NCBI GenBank assembly: GCA_041752235.1
Contig: JBGSHM010000002.1
Span: 16,637 to 80,636 of the forward strand
DNA: 64,000 nt
Source: Chitinophagaceae bacterium
GTDB taxonomy: Bacteria; Bacteroidota; Bacteroidia; Chitinophagales; Chitinophagaceae
Direction: 5' to 3'
Position 1 is the first letter of the stretch. Each line of letters opens with the position of its first letter. Under the pieces are notes generated by a model. The model was not told the DNA's origin and did not search any database. It was given only the letters and a program-made list of their open reading frames with translations. This document shows, one piece after another, positions 29,893-39,101 of this stretch. The translations under genes were made by a program, and so were the position numbers.

Positions 29893-29912
29893 AGCTTTTT
29901 TGATATAAGTCC

Positions 29913-29997
29913 GAAGACGGAGGACGGAGGACGGATGACCGATGACAGAATTGTATAACAATTGTCATCATTCATCTGTCCTCCGTCTTCTTTTTAT
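29913..29997 (+). terminator. Long heptamer-built hairpin terminator (GAGGACG family)
   Basis: Left arm GAAGACG GAGGACG GAGGACG GATGACC GATGACA GAATTGT. Right arm ACAATTG TCATCAT TCATCTG TCCTCCG TCTTC, then TTTTT. Confidence 0.7.
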
Positions 29998-30156
29998 CAG
30001 GTACATGCTTGATATTACTCATGTGCATAAAAATCCCTTGTTTTTCCTGAAATAGGGGTGTAAATTAGATCATATCAATCCGACCAGGGAAATCAACGAC
30101 AGAGTAATTGACGATTTGGACGAAAACCATTTTTCTTCATTTCTAAATCAAATCCC

Positions 30157-30537
30157 ATGGTGCAAACAGACATCTCGCTTCTGACCAGGGAATGCAGTGA
30201 CTGGAGGGCTTCACTTCGTTCCCAACGCGAACAGATCAACGGATTCAAAAGCCAACTCCAGGAACTTGCCAACCACCCTCTCTCCCGCGAACAACTCACC
30301 GAAGTCGAACATTACCACAACCAGTTTCACATCCAGCTCATCAACATCCACGACCTGAAACAATTGGTTAAAGCACACGACCGACGTGTTAGCTTTGAAT
30401 CCGTCGCCCATCAGGGCCAAATCACCGAAGAAACGCAGCAAGACCACGAATCACTCCTTGAAGAACATAACCGCCTGGAGCTTACTCTCAATGAACTCCG
30501 TCAGGCCTTTACTGACTTCACCCACCGAACGCAATAG
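30157..30537 (+). CDS. Hypothetical coiled-coil protein (126 aa)
   Basis: Heptad-like, Gln/Glu/Leu-rich ORF with no recognisable family. Coding status rests only on ORF length and its intergenic placement. Confidence 0.4.
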   Translation: MVQTDISLLTRECSDWRASLRSQREQINGFKSQLQELANHPLSREQLTEVEHYHNQFHIQLINIHDLKQLVKAHDRRVSFESVAHQGQITEETQQDHESLLEEHNRLELTLNELRQAFTDFTHRTQ

Positions 30538-30648
30538 AAGACTGATAATCCGTGCAACTGATCTTTCTCACCGCATGAACTAACGGGGTTCATGGGCAAA
30601 TCCCCTATTCATTAAAAAATTTGCCACTCATCTTTTAAAACTATTGCT

Positions 30649-32784
30649 ATGCCAGAATTCGATACCTCACACGTAAAAAATATAGTCTTACTGGGCCATG
30701 CCGGTACTGGTAAGACCACCTTAGCGGAATGTATGCTCTTTGAAGCAGGGATCATCAACCGCCGCGGCACCATTGAAGAAAGAAACACCGTTGGTGACTA
30801 CCATGAACTGGAACAAGAGCGGGGAAACTCGATCTTCTCCAAACTCATGCACACCAAATGGAAAGGGTATAAAATCAATATCATTGACACCCCGGGTTAT
30901 GATGATTTCACCGGAGAGGTCATATCCGCGCTGCGCATAGCCGATACCGGTGTCATGCTCCTTAATGCTTCCATGGGGGTAGAAGTAGGAACCGATGTAA
31001 TCTGGGAATACACGGAGAAATTCAAAACCCCTATGATCCTGGCCGTGAATAAACTCGACCAGGATAAAGCTGACTTCGATCGTACCGTCATGCAGGCCCG
31101 TGATCATTTTGGCCCTCATGTCACCGTGGTTCAATATCCGCTCAACCAGGGGCTTGGTTTCAATGCCATCATTGATGTACTTAAAATGACGATGTATAAG
31201 TTTCCAATGGAAGGAGGGAAACCCGAAAAACTTCCTATTCCCGAAGAAGAAAAAGAACGCGCTAACAAACTACACCAGGATCTCGTGGAAGCCGTTGCGG
31301 TCAATGACGAAACCCTGATGGAGCATTATCTCGAAAAAGGCGAACTGGATGAGGATGAAATGCGGGTAGGATTGAAACGTTCACTCATAAATCACGACCT
31401 GTTCCCTGTGTTTTGTCTTTCCGCTGTACGTGATATGGGAAGTGGACGCATCATGGGTTTCATCGACAATGTATGCCCAAGCGCCAATGAAATGCCTCCG
31501 CAATTGACTTCTTCAGGAGATAAGTTGGAATGTGATCCCAATGGCCCCGTCTGCTTATTTATTTATAAAACCGTTTCTGAACCCCATGTGGGAGACATGT
31601 CCTATTTCAAAGTTTTTTCCGGAACACTAAAGTCCGCCATGGAATTGGTCAACGAAACCACGGGCGTTACCGAGAAATTCAACCAGCTCTTTTTAATGGA
31701 AGGAAACAAACGAATTCCTGTCAATGAGTTGGTTGCCGGAGATATTGGGGCAACGCTTAAGTTGAGAAACACCCATGTCAACAATACCCTGCACATTAAA
31801 GGCAAGAACCTGGAGCTTGACCCCATTCAATTTCCCAATCCCAATCTGAGTGTGGCCATTGAACCTGCCAAGAAAGGTGACGAGGAAAAACTGGCGCAGG
31901 CACTTCATCAGTTACGGGAAGAAGACCCAACATTTCTGGTAGAAGTATCCCCCGAATTGAAACAAACCCTGGTTTATTGTCAGGGAGATATGCACCTGGC
32001 GGTGGCCCGGTGGAAAATCGAAAATCTCCACAAAGTGGAAGTGAAATTCACCCGACCACGTATACCCTACAGAGAAACCATCCGGAAAATGGCCGAAAGC
32101 ATGTACCGGCATAAAAAACAGTCGGGAGGAGCCGGCCAATTTGGTGAGGTCCATATGCGAATCGAACCCTGGTATGAAGGCATGCCTGATCCAAAAGGGT
32201 TGAATGTAAGGGGACGGGATGAATATCCGCTTGACTGGGGTGGCAAACTGGTATTTTACAATTGCATCGTTGGTGGTGCCATCGATATCCGCTTTTTGCC
32301 CTCGATCATGAAAGGGGTGATGGAGAAAATGCAGGAAGGCCCGTTGACAGGATCCTACGTACGGGATATTCGGGTTTCTGTATTTGATGGTAAAATGCAC
32401 CCGGTAGATAGCAATGATATCAGTTTCAAGATTGCCGGCTTACAGGCATTCCGCTCCGCCTTTAATATGGCCGACCCTCAATTGCTCGAGCCTATTTACC
32501 ATGTTGAAGTTTTGTGCCCGGATGACCTGACCGGTTCGGTCATGGGTGACCTTCAAACCCGTCGTGCTATTGTGGAAGGCATGGATACAGAAGGACATTT
32601 CCAAAAGATCATCGCCCGGGTACCCCTCGCTGAAATGGATGGATATTCTTCCGCCATTCGAAGCATTACCCAGGGAAGGGCGAAGTTCAAGATGCATTTT
32701 CACGAATATGCTCCGGTGTCCTTTGAGCTTCAGAAAAAGTTGACCGAAGAGTACAACAAAGAAGAAAAACTGGAGCTGGCCTGA
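30649..32784 (+). CDS. Elongation factor G paralog (EF-G2-like translational GTPase)
   Basis: 711 aa. G1 GHAGTGKTT, G3 DTPGYDDF, G4 NKLD. EF-G domains II-V are recognisable (GDIGATLKL, ..GGAGQFGEV.., SITQGRAKF). It is not in a str operon context. Confidence 0.9.
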   Translation: MPEFDTSHVKNIVLLGHAGTGKTTLAECMLFEAGIINRRGTIEERNTVGDYHELEQERGNSIFSKLMHTKWKGYKINIIDTPGYDDFTGEVISALRIADTGVMLLNASMGVEVGTDVIWEYTEKFKTPMILAVNKLDQDKADFDRTVMQARDHFGPHVTVVQYPLNQGLGFNAIIDVLKMTMYKFPMEGGKPEKLPIPEEEKERANKLHQDLVEAVAVNDETLMEHYLEKGELDEDEMRVGLKRSLINHDLFPVFCLSAVRDMGSGRIMGFIDNVCPSANEMPPQLTSSGDKLECDPNGPVCLFIYKTVSEPHVGDMSYFKVFSGTLKSAMELVNETTGVTEKFNQLFLMEGNKRIPVNELVAGDIGATLKLRNTHVNNTLHIKGKNLELDPIQFPNPNLSVAIEPAKKGDEEKLAQALHQLREEDPTFLVEVSPELKQTLVYCQGDMHLAVARWKIENLHKVEVKFTRPRIPYRETIRKMAESMYRHKKQSGGAGQFGEVHMRIEPWYEGMPDPKGLNVRGRDEYPLDWGGKLVFYNCIVGGAIDIRFLPSIMKGVMEKMQEGPLTGSYVRDIRVSVFDGKMHPVDSNDISFKIAGLQAFRSAFNMADPQLLEPIYHVEVLCPDDLTGSVMGDLQTRRAIVEGMDTEGHFQKIIARVPLAEMDGYSSAIRSITQGRAKFKMHFHEYAPVSFELQKKLTEEYNKEEKLELA

Positions 32785-32804
32785 TACATTTATTAAAATT
32801 AGTA

Positions 32805-32831
32805 AAGAGCCTCAGCGGAGGCTCTTTTTTG
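32805..32831 (+). terminator. Rho-independent terminator after the EF-G paralog
   Basis: AGAGCCTC-agcg-GAGGCTCT followed by TTTTTT. Confidence 0.8.
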
Positions 32832-32968
32832 TTTGAGAATATTCGCCTTACTAACGACAAAATTAAACAGAACCTAAAGTGATCGCGAGAGGGCTCCTTT
32901 CATAAATAAGTAAAAACACTTAGTTTATAGATAACTGTTACCGTTAGTTTACTGAAAATCATGATAAA

Positions 32969-33016
32969 ACCTGATTTAATCATATGAATCAGGTAAATTA
33001 AAAACATGAATCAGGA
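32969..33016 (+). promoter_or_regulatory. Operator-like inverted repeat plus a third half-site upstream of the sensor-kinase block
   Basis: ACCTGATT (32969..32976) and AATCAGGT (32987..32994) are perfect 8-bp inverted repeats with a 10-nt spacer. A further AATCAGGA lies at 33009..33016. Confidence 0.3.
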
Positions 33017-33071
33017 ATATTTTCGAAATACTTTACTTATTTGCTTAAAGTAAAATGCCACCACCTACATC

Positions 33072-33782
33072 GTGAACTTCGTTATCACCAAACAGTTCAT
33101 AAGGGCGTCCCTTATCACGGCGCTTGTAACGATCATACTCGTATTCATCTTTTCACTTTACCAGCAAAAAAAAATACGTGATACGGCCAGGATGCTGGCT
33201 CGATCCCGGGAAGTATTGTCCGCCATTCGGAATGTGATGTCCACATCGATGGATATCCAAAACGGGGCGCGCACCTATGTTTTAACAGGTAATGATCGGT
33301 TCCTTGCACAAACGGCGACCGGAATGGATTCCATTCATCATCAGGTTCAGGCCCTTCGCCATAGCATTGCTGACAACCCCAGGCAATACCAATGGATCGA
33401 TTCGCTCGAAAAATATGTAACACTGCGTATTCAGAACGCGCGGATGTTAATAAAACTGGATAAATCCGGCAGTCATGATAGCGCGGCCCGATGGGTGGAA
33501 CTTGGGCAGGATATACAGGTCACAAGTCAGATAAGATTATTCGCCAAAAATATCGAACAGGAAGAAATGTCAATTCTTGTTCACCGGAAAGAGTTCTTTT
33601 CTTCCAACATTGGCCGATTGAACAACTTGCTCTATGGCTTTCTAATTGTCGTCATGGGTTTAAGTCTTATTTTCTATTCCAGGGTACTTCGTGGTGTAAC
33701 ATTTCACAAACAAAGTGAGGATAAATTCAAATCCCTGGTAGAAGCAGCCCCCGATGCCTTGATCATATCTGGTGAGGATTGA
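33072..33782 (+). CDS. CHASE3-type sensor fragment (N-terminal part of an interrupted histidine kinase)
   Basis: GTG start, TM helix, helical extracytoplasmic region of about 150 aa, second TM helix (LLYGFLIVVMGLSLIF) and the beginning of a PAS domain. It ends at TGA 33780..33782, in frame with the next ORF. Confidence 0.7.
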   Translation: MNFVITKQFIRASLITALVTIILVFIFSLYQQKKIRDTARMLARSREVLSAIRNVMSTSMDIQNGARTYVLTGNDRFLAQTATGMDSIHHQVQALRHSIADNPRQYQWIDSLEKYVTLRIQNARMLIKLDKSGSHDSAARWVELGQDIQVTSQIRLFAKNIEQEEMSILVHRKEFFSSNIGRLNNLLYGFLIVVMGLSLIFYSRVLRGVTFHKQSEDKFKSLVEAAPDALIISGED

Positions 33783-33791
33783 ATTATCAGG

Positions 33792-36005
33792 ATGGTAAAC
33801 TGGAGAGCCGAAGAGATTTTTGGATACCGCCGGGAAGAAATGATCGGTAAACAAATAGAGATGCTGCTTCCTCCAACCATGCAACGAGCGCATGAGCAGT
33901 TACGGGAAAAATACATGCAGCAGCATAACCATAAGATCAAGGAAGGGGGTAGGGAATTGCCCGGTATGAGAAAGGATGGATCGATCGTCATGACAGATAT
34001 CTCGCTGGCTCCAATCAAAACGGAAGGTGAAACACTCATGGCTGCCTCCATTCGCGATATTACGGGCCGCATTGAGGAGCGCATGCAATTAGACTCCCTT
34101 TCCCGTCAGGTTAATCAGGCAAAGGAAGCGATCTATACCATGGCCCCCGACTTTTCGATCACCAGTTGGAATTATGGGGCACAGCGATTGTTTGGATACA
34201 CCGCTAAAGAGGTCATCGGCCGGAAAGCGACGGAACTAGTGTCCTATGACCAAGAATCGGGTTGGCTGGAAACGGTGTCAAAACATCTGACGGAAAGCGG
34301 AGGGTGGACAGGTGAGGTATATAAGATCAATAAGAATGGGACCAAGGTTCCCGTTCTAACCTCTGTAACCAGTATCCTGAGCGAATCGGGTATCCTGACA
34401 GGATTCATTTCAGTCAGTCATGATATCAGCCTGCAGAAGTCGCTGGAATATCAATTGAAACAAAGCAACGAGTCGTTGGAAGAAAAGGTGCGGATCCGGA
34501 CGGACGAGATCAGAAGGTCGGAACAGAAATACCGGTATCTTTTTCACCATAACCCTATTCCCATGTGGGTGATTGAGATCGGTACCTATAAATTCCTGGA
34601 TGTAAACGAAATGGCCATTCAAAAATATGGCTACTCCAGGGAAGAATTCCTGGCCATGACGGCTGAAGAGATTCGACCGGTTACTACCCGGAATGCCTTC
34701 CGCCGCGAAAACAATCCTAAAACAAAGCACCTGAATGATGGTTATCGCGGTGTATGGCAACATCAGAAAAAAGATGGTTCCCTGATCTGGGTGGAGATCA
34801 TCGCGCACCATATCCAGTTTGAGGGTAAACAATCCCGTTTGATCCTGGCCAACGATATCACCGAGAAAAAAGAAGCACAAGACCTGCTACGGTCAAATGA
34901 AAAGCGCTACCGGGAAACCCTCGATAACATGCTCGAAGGGATACAGATCCTTGATTTTGACTGGCGATATTTATATGTAAACAATGCGGTAGTTAAACAA
35001 GCCCGTCGAACCCGGGAGGAATTGCTGGGATTCACACTTTTTGAACTTTATCCGAATATTGAAAAAACCGAGTTGCATAATGTTTTCCAAAGGTGTTTTA
35101 AAGAACGGACACCACGACATTTGGAAAATAAATTTGTTTATCCGGATGGTAATATCGCGTGGTTTGATCTAACCTTCCAACCAGTACCAGAAGGCGTATT
35201 TGTGCTTTCAATGGATATTACGGACCGAAAACTGGCTGAAGAAAGGATCAGTAACATTAATGCCGAACTGGAAGAAAAGGTAAGGATACGAACCAGGCAA
35301 TTGCAGAAAATGAATGAGGAACTTGAATCCTTTGCCTATTCCGTATCCCATGACCTCCGCGCGCCTCTTCGGGGCATCAATGGGTTTGCCGACATATTAC
35401 AAGAGGACTATGCGGCTCAATTGGATGATGAGGCCAAACGTATCACCCGGATCATCAAAGAAAATACCGTACGTATGGGAAGCCTGATCGATGATCTACT
35501 GAGTTTCTCACGCCTGGGACGACATGAATTGGAAAAAGTAAGATTTGATACCCGGGAGATGATCCTGCAATTGATCGCTTCCATGGAACAAAAAACGGAA
35601 AGCAATAAGATTGAATTCCATATCAAGGATCTTCATCCCAGTTACGGAGATACCACTTCGCTCCGACAGGTATGGATCAATTTGATCGGCAATGCCATCA
35701 AATATTCACGGGGAAACCCACAGCCAAACATCAATATAGGTTCATATAAAGAAAATGGAGAGACCGTATATTTCGTGAAAGACAATGGGGTAGGATTTGA
35801 TATGAAATACGCCAACAAACTTTTCAAAGTCTTTCAGCGCCTGCATAGCTCAGATGAGTTTGAAGGAACCGGCGTAGGATTGGCTATTGTTGAGAAAATA
35901 ATAAATAAACATGGCGGCAGGGTGTGGGCCTCCAGCGAGGAAAATGCCGGTGCTTGCTTTTATTTCACTCTTCCGGAGGAAGAACAACACCAAAACGAAA
36001 AATAG
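33792..36005 (+). CDS. PAS-PAS-PAS-HisKA-HATPase_c histidine kinase (C-terminal part of the interrupted gene)
   Basis: Three PAS/PAC modules, H-box SHDLRAPL, N box NLIGNAIKY, G boxes DNGVGF and GTGVGLAIV. Same frame as 33072..33782. Confidence 0.85.
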   Translation: MVNWRAEEIFGYRREEMIGKQIEMLLPPTMQRAHEQLREKYMQQHNHKIKEGGRELPGMRKDGSIVMTDISLAPIKTEGETLMAASIRDITGRIEERMQLDSLSRQVNQAKEAIYTMAPDFSITSWNYGAQRLFGYTAKEVIGRKATELVSYDQESGWLETVSKHLTESGGWTGEVYKINKNGTKVPVLTSVTSILSESGILTGFISVSHDISLQKSLEYQLKQSNESLEEKVRIRTDEIRRSEQKYRYLFHHNPIPMWVIEIGTYKFLDVNEMAIQKYGYSREEFLAMTAEEIRPVTTRNAFRRENNPKTKHLNDGYRGVWQHQKKDGSLIWVEIIAHHIQFEGKQSRLILANDITEKKEAQDLLRSNEKRYRETLDNMLEGIQILDFDWRYLYVNNAVVKQARRTREELLGFTLFELYPNIEKTELHNVFQRCFKERTPRHLENKFVYPDGNIAWFDLTFQPVPEGVFVLSMDITDRKLAEERISNINAELEEKVRIRTRQLQKMNEELESFAYSVSHDLRAPLRGINGFADILQEDYAAQLDDEAKRITRIIKENTVRMGSLIDDLLSFSRLGRHELEKVRFDTREMILQLIASMEQKTESNKIEFHIKDLHPSYGDTTSLRQVWINLIGNAIKYSRGNPQPNINIGSYKENGETVYFVKDNGVGFDMKYANKLFKVFQRLHSSDEFEGTGVGLAIVEKIINKHGGRVWASSEENAGACFYFTLPEEEQHQNEK

Positions 36006-36029
36006 TACACCACCTAAATCTAATAGATT

Positions 36030-38273
36030 ATGAAAGTCCCTTTAAAGGTTCTGCTATTAGAAGATGACCGTCTGGATGCAGAAATGGCCATTCGTCTGCT
36101 CAAAAGGTCGGGTATGGACATTGATTATCTATGGGTGTCAAATCGAAATGACTACCTCGATGCTCTTGATAATTTCTCCCCGGATGTCATACTTGCTGAT
36201 AACGAACTGCCCCGATATAGTGCCCCCGAGGCCCTGGAAGATTTTAAAAGTAGGGATCTCCCTATTCCATTTATCATGATCACCGGCACTGTTTCAGAGG
36301 ATTTTGCCGTTTCCATGATTAAAAAAGGAGCAGATGATTACATTCTCAAGGATCGGCCTGAGCGCCTTCCCAATGCCATTGAATCGGCCATTAAGCAGCA
36401 TCAGGCTGCTATGGAAAGTCGAAAAATGACAGAACAGTTAAAAACAAGTGAAGAAAAATACAGGACACTGGTAGAGCAGGCCTTTGATGGGGTATTGATT
36501 TATTCTTCCACCGGTCACATATTGGACGCCAATTCCAGTGCCTGTATGAATACTGGTTATACCCTTGAGGAACTTATGACCATGCATATTTCCGACCTAT
36601 TGGAGGCGGAAGGTTTGGCTAGTCAACCCATTGACCTGAACTTGGTTCAAGATGACAAGCCCATATTTCAACATCGCCGATTGCAGACTAAAGAGGGTAC
36701 CCATATTGAAGTAGAGCTGGTTATTCGCAAACTACCCGGAGGAGAATATATGGCGGTAGGGAGAGATATTACGGATCGCATTATGGCCCATCAGCAAATT
36801 GAATTTGATCATAATAATCTCCAATCGCTGATCAATAATACCAGGGATTTGATCTGGAGTATGGATAAGGAATGTCGTCTTATCACGTCCAATAATTCCT
36901 TTAATAAATGGGCGGAGTGGCTAACCGGAGTAAGACCCTTTAAGGGCTTATCCCTCTATGACCCAAGCCTGGCCAACATTAATATTGAATCCTTTGCAGA
37001 GTATCTTCATCGGGCCATGAAGGGTCAAGCGTTCACCGTGGTCGAGCATTTCGATTTGCCTGAAGATACCTGGGCCGAAATTTCCTTTTACCCCATTTTT
37101 GAAAAAGATGAGGTCATAGGCACGGCCTGTTTCTCGCGCAATATTACGGCCATGCGCAAATCAGCCGAGGAGATCCGTTTGCAAAATGAACGTTTTGAGA
37201 TGGTCACCAAGGCCACCAACGATATTATCTGGGACTGGGACCTTTTGACCGATAAATTCTGGTGGAGTGACAACTTCTATTCCCATTTTCACTACGACCG
37301 GAGAACCACTCCTCAAGATTTCAGGTCCTGGGATGACCGGGTACATCCTGAGGATAAGGAGAGAGTGGTCAGTCGGATGTTCTCAACCATACGAAAAAAA
37401 GAACCCTTCTGGACGGACGAATATCGATTCCTGAAAGGAGATGGGGAGACTGCCTATGTACTTGATTGTGGATACACGCTTTTTCAGGATGACGGAAAAC
37501 CATATCGAATGGTAGGGGCCATGATGGATATCACAGAACGCATCAAGGCCCAGGCAGAATTGAAAGCCATGGAACAGGAACGACTCCAGCTTAAGTTACA
37601 GGAACAAAAAAAGATTACCCGGGCCATGATCCGGGGACAAGAAAAGGAAAGAAGTCAGCTGGGTCGAGAATTGCATGACAATATCAGCCAATTGTTGGCC
37701 GCTATAAAGATGAAACTGGCCTTCTCCCTTTCCCATCCGGAGAAATCCAACACCTTCATTCAGGAGTGTTTAGATAATATCCAGGAAGCCATCTCTGAAA
37801 CACGTAACCTGTCACACCGAATGGTGATGCCACGGTTTGCAGAAAGCAGTCTGGAAGATGAAATGACCAATCTTTTAAGTATATATCATAATATCGGTAG
37901 GATAACCAACCTGAAGATCGAGGGAGTGGTTGAAAATGAGATTCCAGCTTTGATAAAGGAAACACTCTACCGGATTGCCCAGGAACAATTGCACAATATT
38001 GAAAAATATGCTCAGGCTTCGGAGGTAAACGTACAAATCCGGGCATTCGATGGGCTTATCAGTATGCGGATCGAAGACAATGGGGTAGGTTTCGATACTA
38101 CTCAAAAACGAAATGGAATTGGTCTGACGAATGTCCATAACCGGGCTGAATCCTATAATGGCACAGCCCACGTGTTGTCTGAGCCAGGTAAGGGTTGTCA
38201 ACTGCTGGTGGAGATACCCATCACCCCACACGTTATGGAGGAGGTGGAAGTTCAAGCCAATGGAAAAGGGTAA
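36030..38273 (+). CDS. Hybrid protein: N-terminal receiver domain, PAS domains, HisKA_3/HATPase_c (NarX/DegS-type) kinase
   Basis: REC (LLLEDDRLD..., DVILADNELP, K in ILKD), PAS/PAC repeats, H-box RELHDNISQLLAA, ATPase motifs DNGVGF and GIGLTNV. Confidence 0.9.
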   Translation: MKVPLKVLLLEDDRLDAEMAIRLLKRSGMDIDYLWVSNRNDYLDALDNFSPDVILADNELPRYSAPEALEDFKSRDLPIPFIMITGTVSEDFAVSMIKKGADDYILKDRPERLPNAIESAIKQHQAAMESRKMTEQLKTSEEKYRTLVEQAFDGVLIYSSTGHILDANSSACMNTGYTLEELMTMHISDLLEAEGLASQPIDLNLVQDDKPIFQHRRLQTKEGTHIEVELVIRKLPGGEYMAVGRDITDRIMAHQQIEFDHNNLQSLINNTRDLIWSMDKECRLITSNNSFNKWAEWLTGVRPFKGLSLYDPSLANINIESFAEYLHRAMKGQAFTVVEHFDLPEDTWAEISFYPIFEKDEVIGTACFSRNITAMRKSAEEIRLQNERFEMVTKATNDIIWDWDLLTDKFWWSDNFYSHFHYDRRTTPQDFRSWDDRVHPEDKERVVSRMFSTIRKKEPFWTDEYRFLKGDGETAYVLDCGYTLFQDDGKPYRMVGAMMDITERIKAQAELKAMEQERLQLKLQEQKKITRAMIRGQEKERSQLGRELHDNISQLLAAIKMKLAFSLSHPEKSNTFIQECLDNIQEAISETRNLSHRMVMPRFAESSLEDEMTNLLSIYHNIGRITNLKIEGVVENEIPALIKETLYRIAQEQLHNIEKYAQASEVNVQIRAFDGLISMRIEDNGVGFDTTQKRNGIGLTNVHNRAESYNGTAHVLSEPGKGCQLLVEIPITPHVMEEVEVQANGKG

Positions 38274-38297
38274 ACGGGCTAAACCAAGGTTTAAACC

Positions 38298-39101
38298 TTG
38301 TCCAATAAATTCCATCAAAGTTCCGTTAATACCCAAAAATCCCTGTACCTCGTGAACCGGACCTTGATAACCATGATCTTATTCCTTCTGGCGGCTGGAT
38401 TACTTTCTTTCCGGATGGAAATGCTGCCCTCTGGCGAACCTATTTCAGCGGTCCAGCAACGGCTATTTGAACTGGCCAAGAACCATGATCATCCATCCAT
38501 GAATGAGGTAGGAGGAAGAACCGTGGTCAATTTTTGGCAATTACCCGACTCACAAAAGAACTGCGGCGGTCTATGCTTCAAGATCGCAAAGGAGCGCGTC
38601 AACAAGGCCTTTCAGCAGGTTACCGGTAAAGGATTGTATGAATGGCTGCCCTCCACCATGGCCACCGCCTACCTTTCCCCACGCCAGGTATTTGACTGGA
38701 CCTGGAACATCAACTCTCAGGACAACGAGATTTGGAGAAGCATTCCCAATATCCGCGCTACAGGTAGCGCCGGGGCCTTGCAGATGGCCAAATTAGGGAC
38801 CATTAAAGACGAAAAAATGATCTGGAAAGGGGAATTAAAACCCGGTGCCGTTGTCCAAACCTTTGTGTATGCCTCCGATTTCATGAAGGTGCTCAAAGGC
38901 ATCAATAACCCTTCCGAAGAAAATAACCTGAGTAGTTATGGGCATTCCTTTATCTTCCTGGAATATGTGCGGGATGAAAATGATGAGATCATAGGGATGC
39001 GCGTAGCCGATCAGGGATTTTTAAATAATGTAGTGGTCACCCAGGAGGATTTTCAATCCTGGTGGGGGGCCAATATCCTTGATCCTGCAACAAACCCATG
39101 A
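38298..39101 (+). CDS. Membrane-anchored hypothetical protein with a papain-fold-like Cys/His pattern (NlpC/P60- or transglutaminase-like?)
   Basis: N-terminal anchor LITMILFLLAAGLLSF. Candidate nucleophile NCGGLCFKIAKE, then LKPGAVVQTF and YGHSFIFLEY...D. The start is uncertain (TTG 38298, GTG 38352 or ATG 38373). Confidence 0.5.
   Translation: MSNKFHQSSVNTQKSLYLVNRTLITMILFLLAAGLLSFRMEMLPSGEPISAVQQRLFELAKNHDHPSMNEVGGRTVVNFWQLPDSQKNCGGLCFKIAKERVNKAFQQVTGKGLYEWLPSTMATAYLSPRQVFDWTWNINSQDNEIWRSIPNIRATGSAGALQMAKLGTIKDEKMIWKGELKPGAVVQTFVYASDFMKVLKGINNPSEENNLSSYGHSFIFLEYVRDENDEIIGMRVADQGFLNNVVVTQEDFQSWWGANILDPATNP

Noticed and set aside
29032-29961. 309-aa ORF on the minus strand, fully overlapping the 28990..29892 gene
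   Set aside because: It has no signal, motif or start context, and it begins inside the terminator hairpin. Gly/Pro/Thr-rich low-complexity translation is what is expected from the antisense of an Arg/Trp/Val-rich gene. It is kept only as a caveat in the corresponding finding.
33780-33782. TGA as selenocysteine in the histidine kinase
   Set aside because: The position corresponds to a structural Gly of the PAS fold, not a redox Cys/Sec site. I see no convincing SECIS-like hairpin immediately downstream, and no selenoprotein context.
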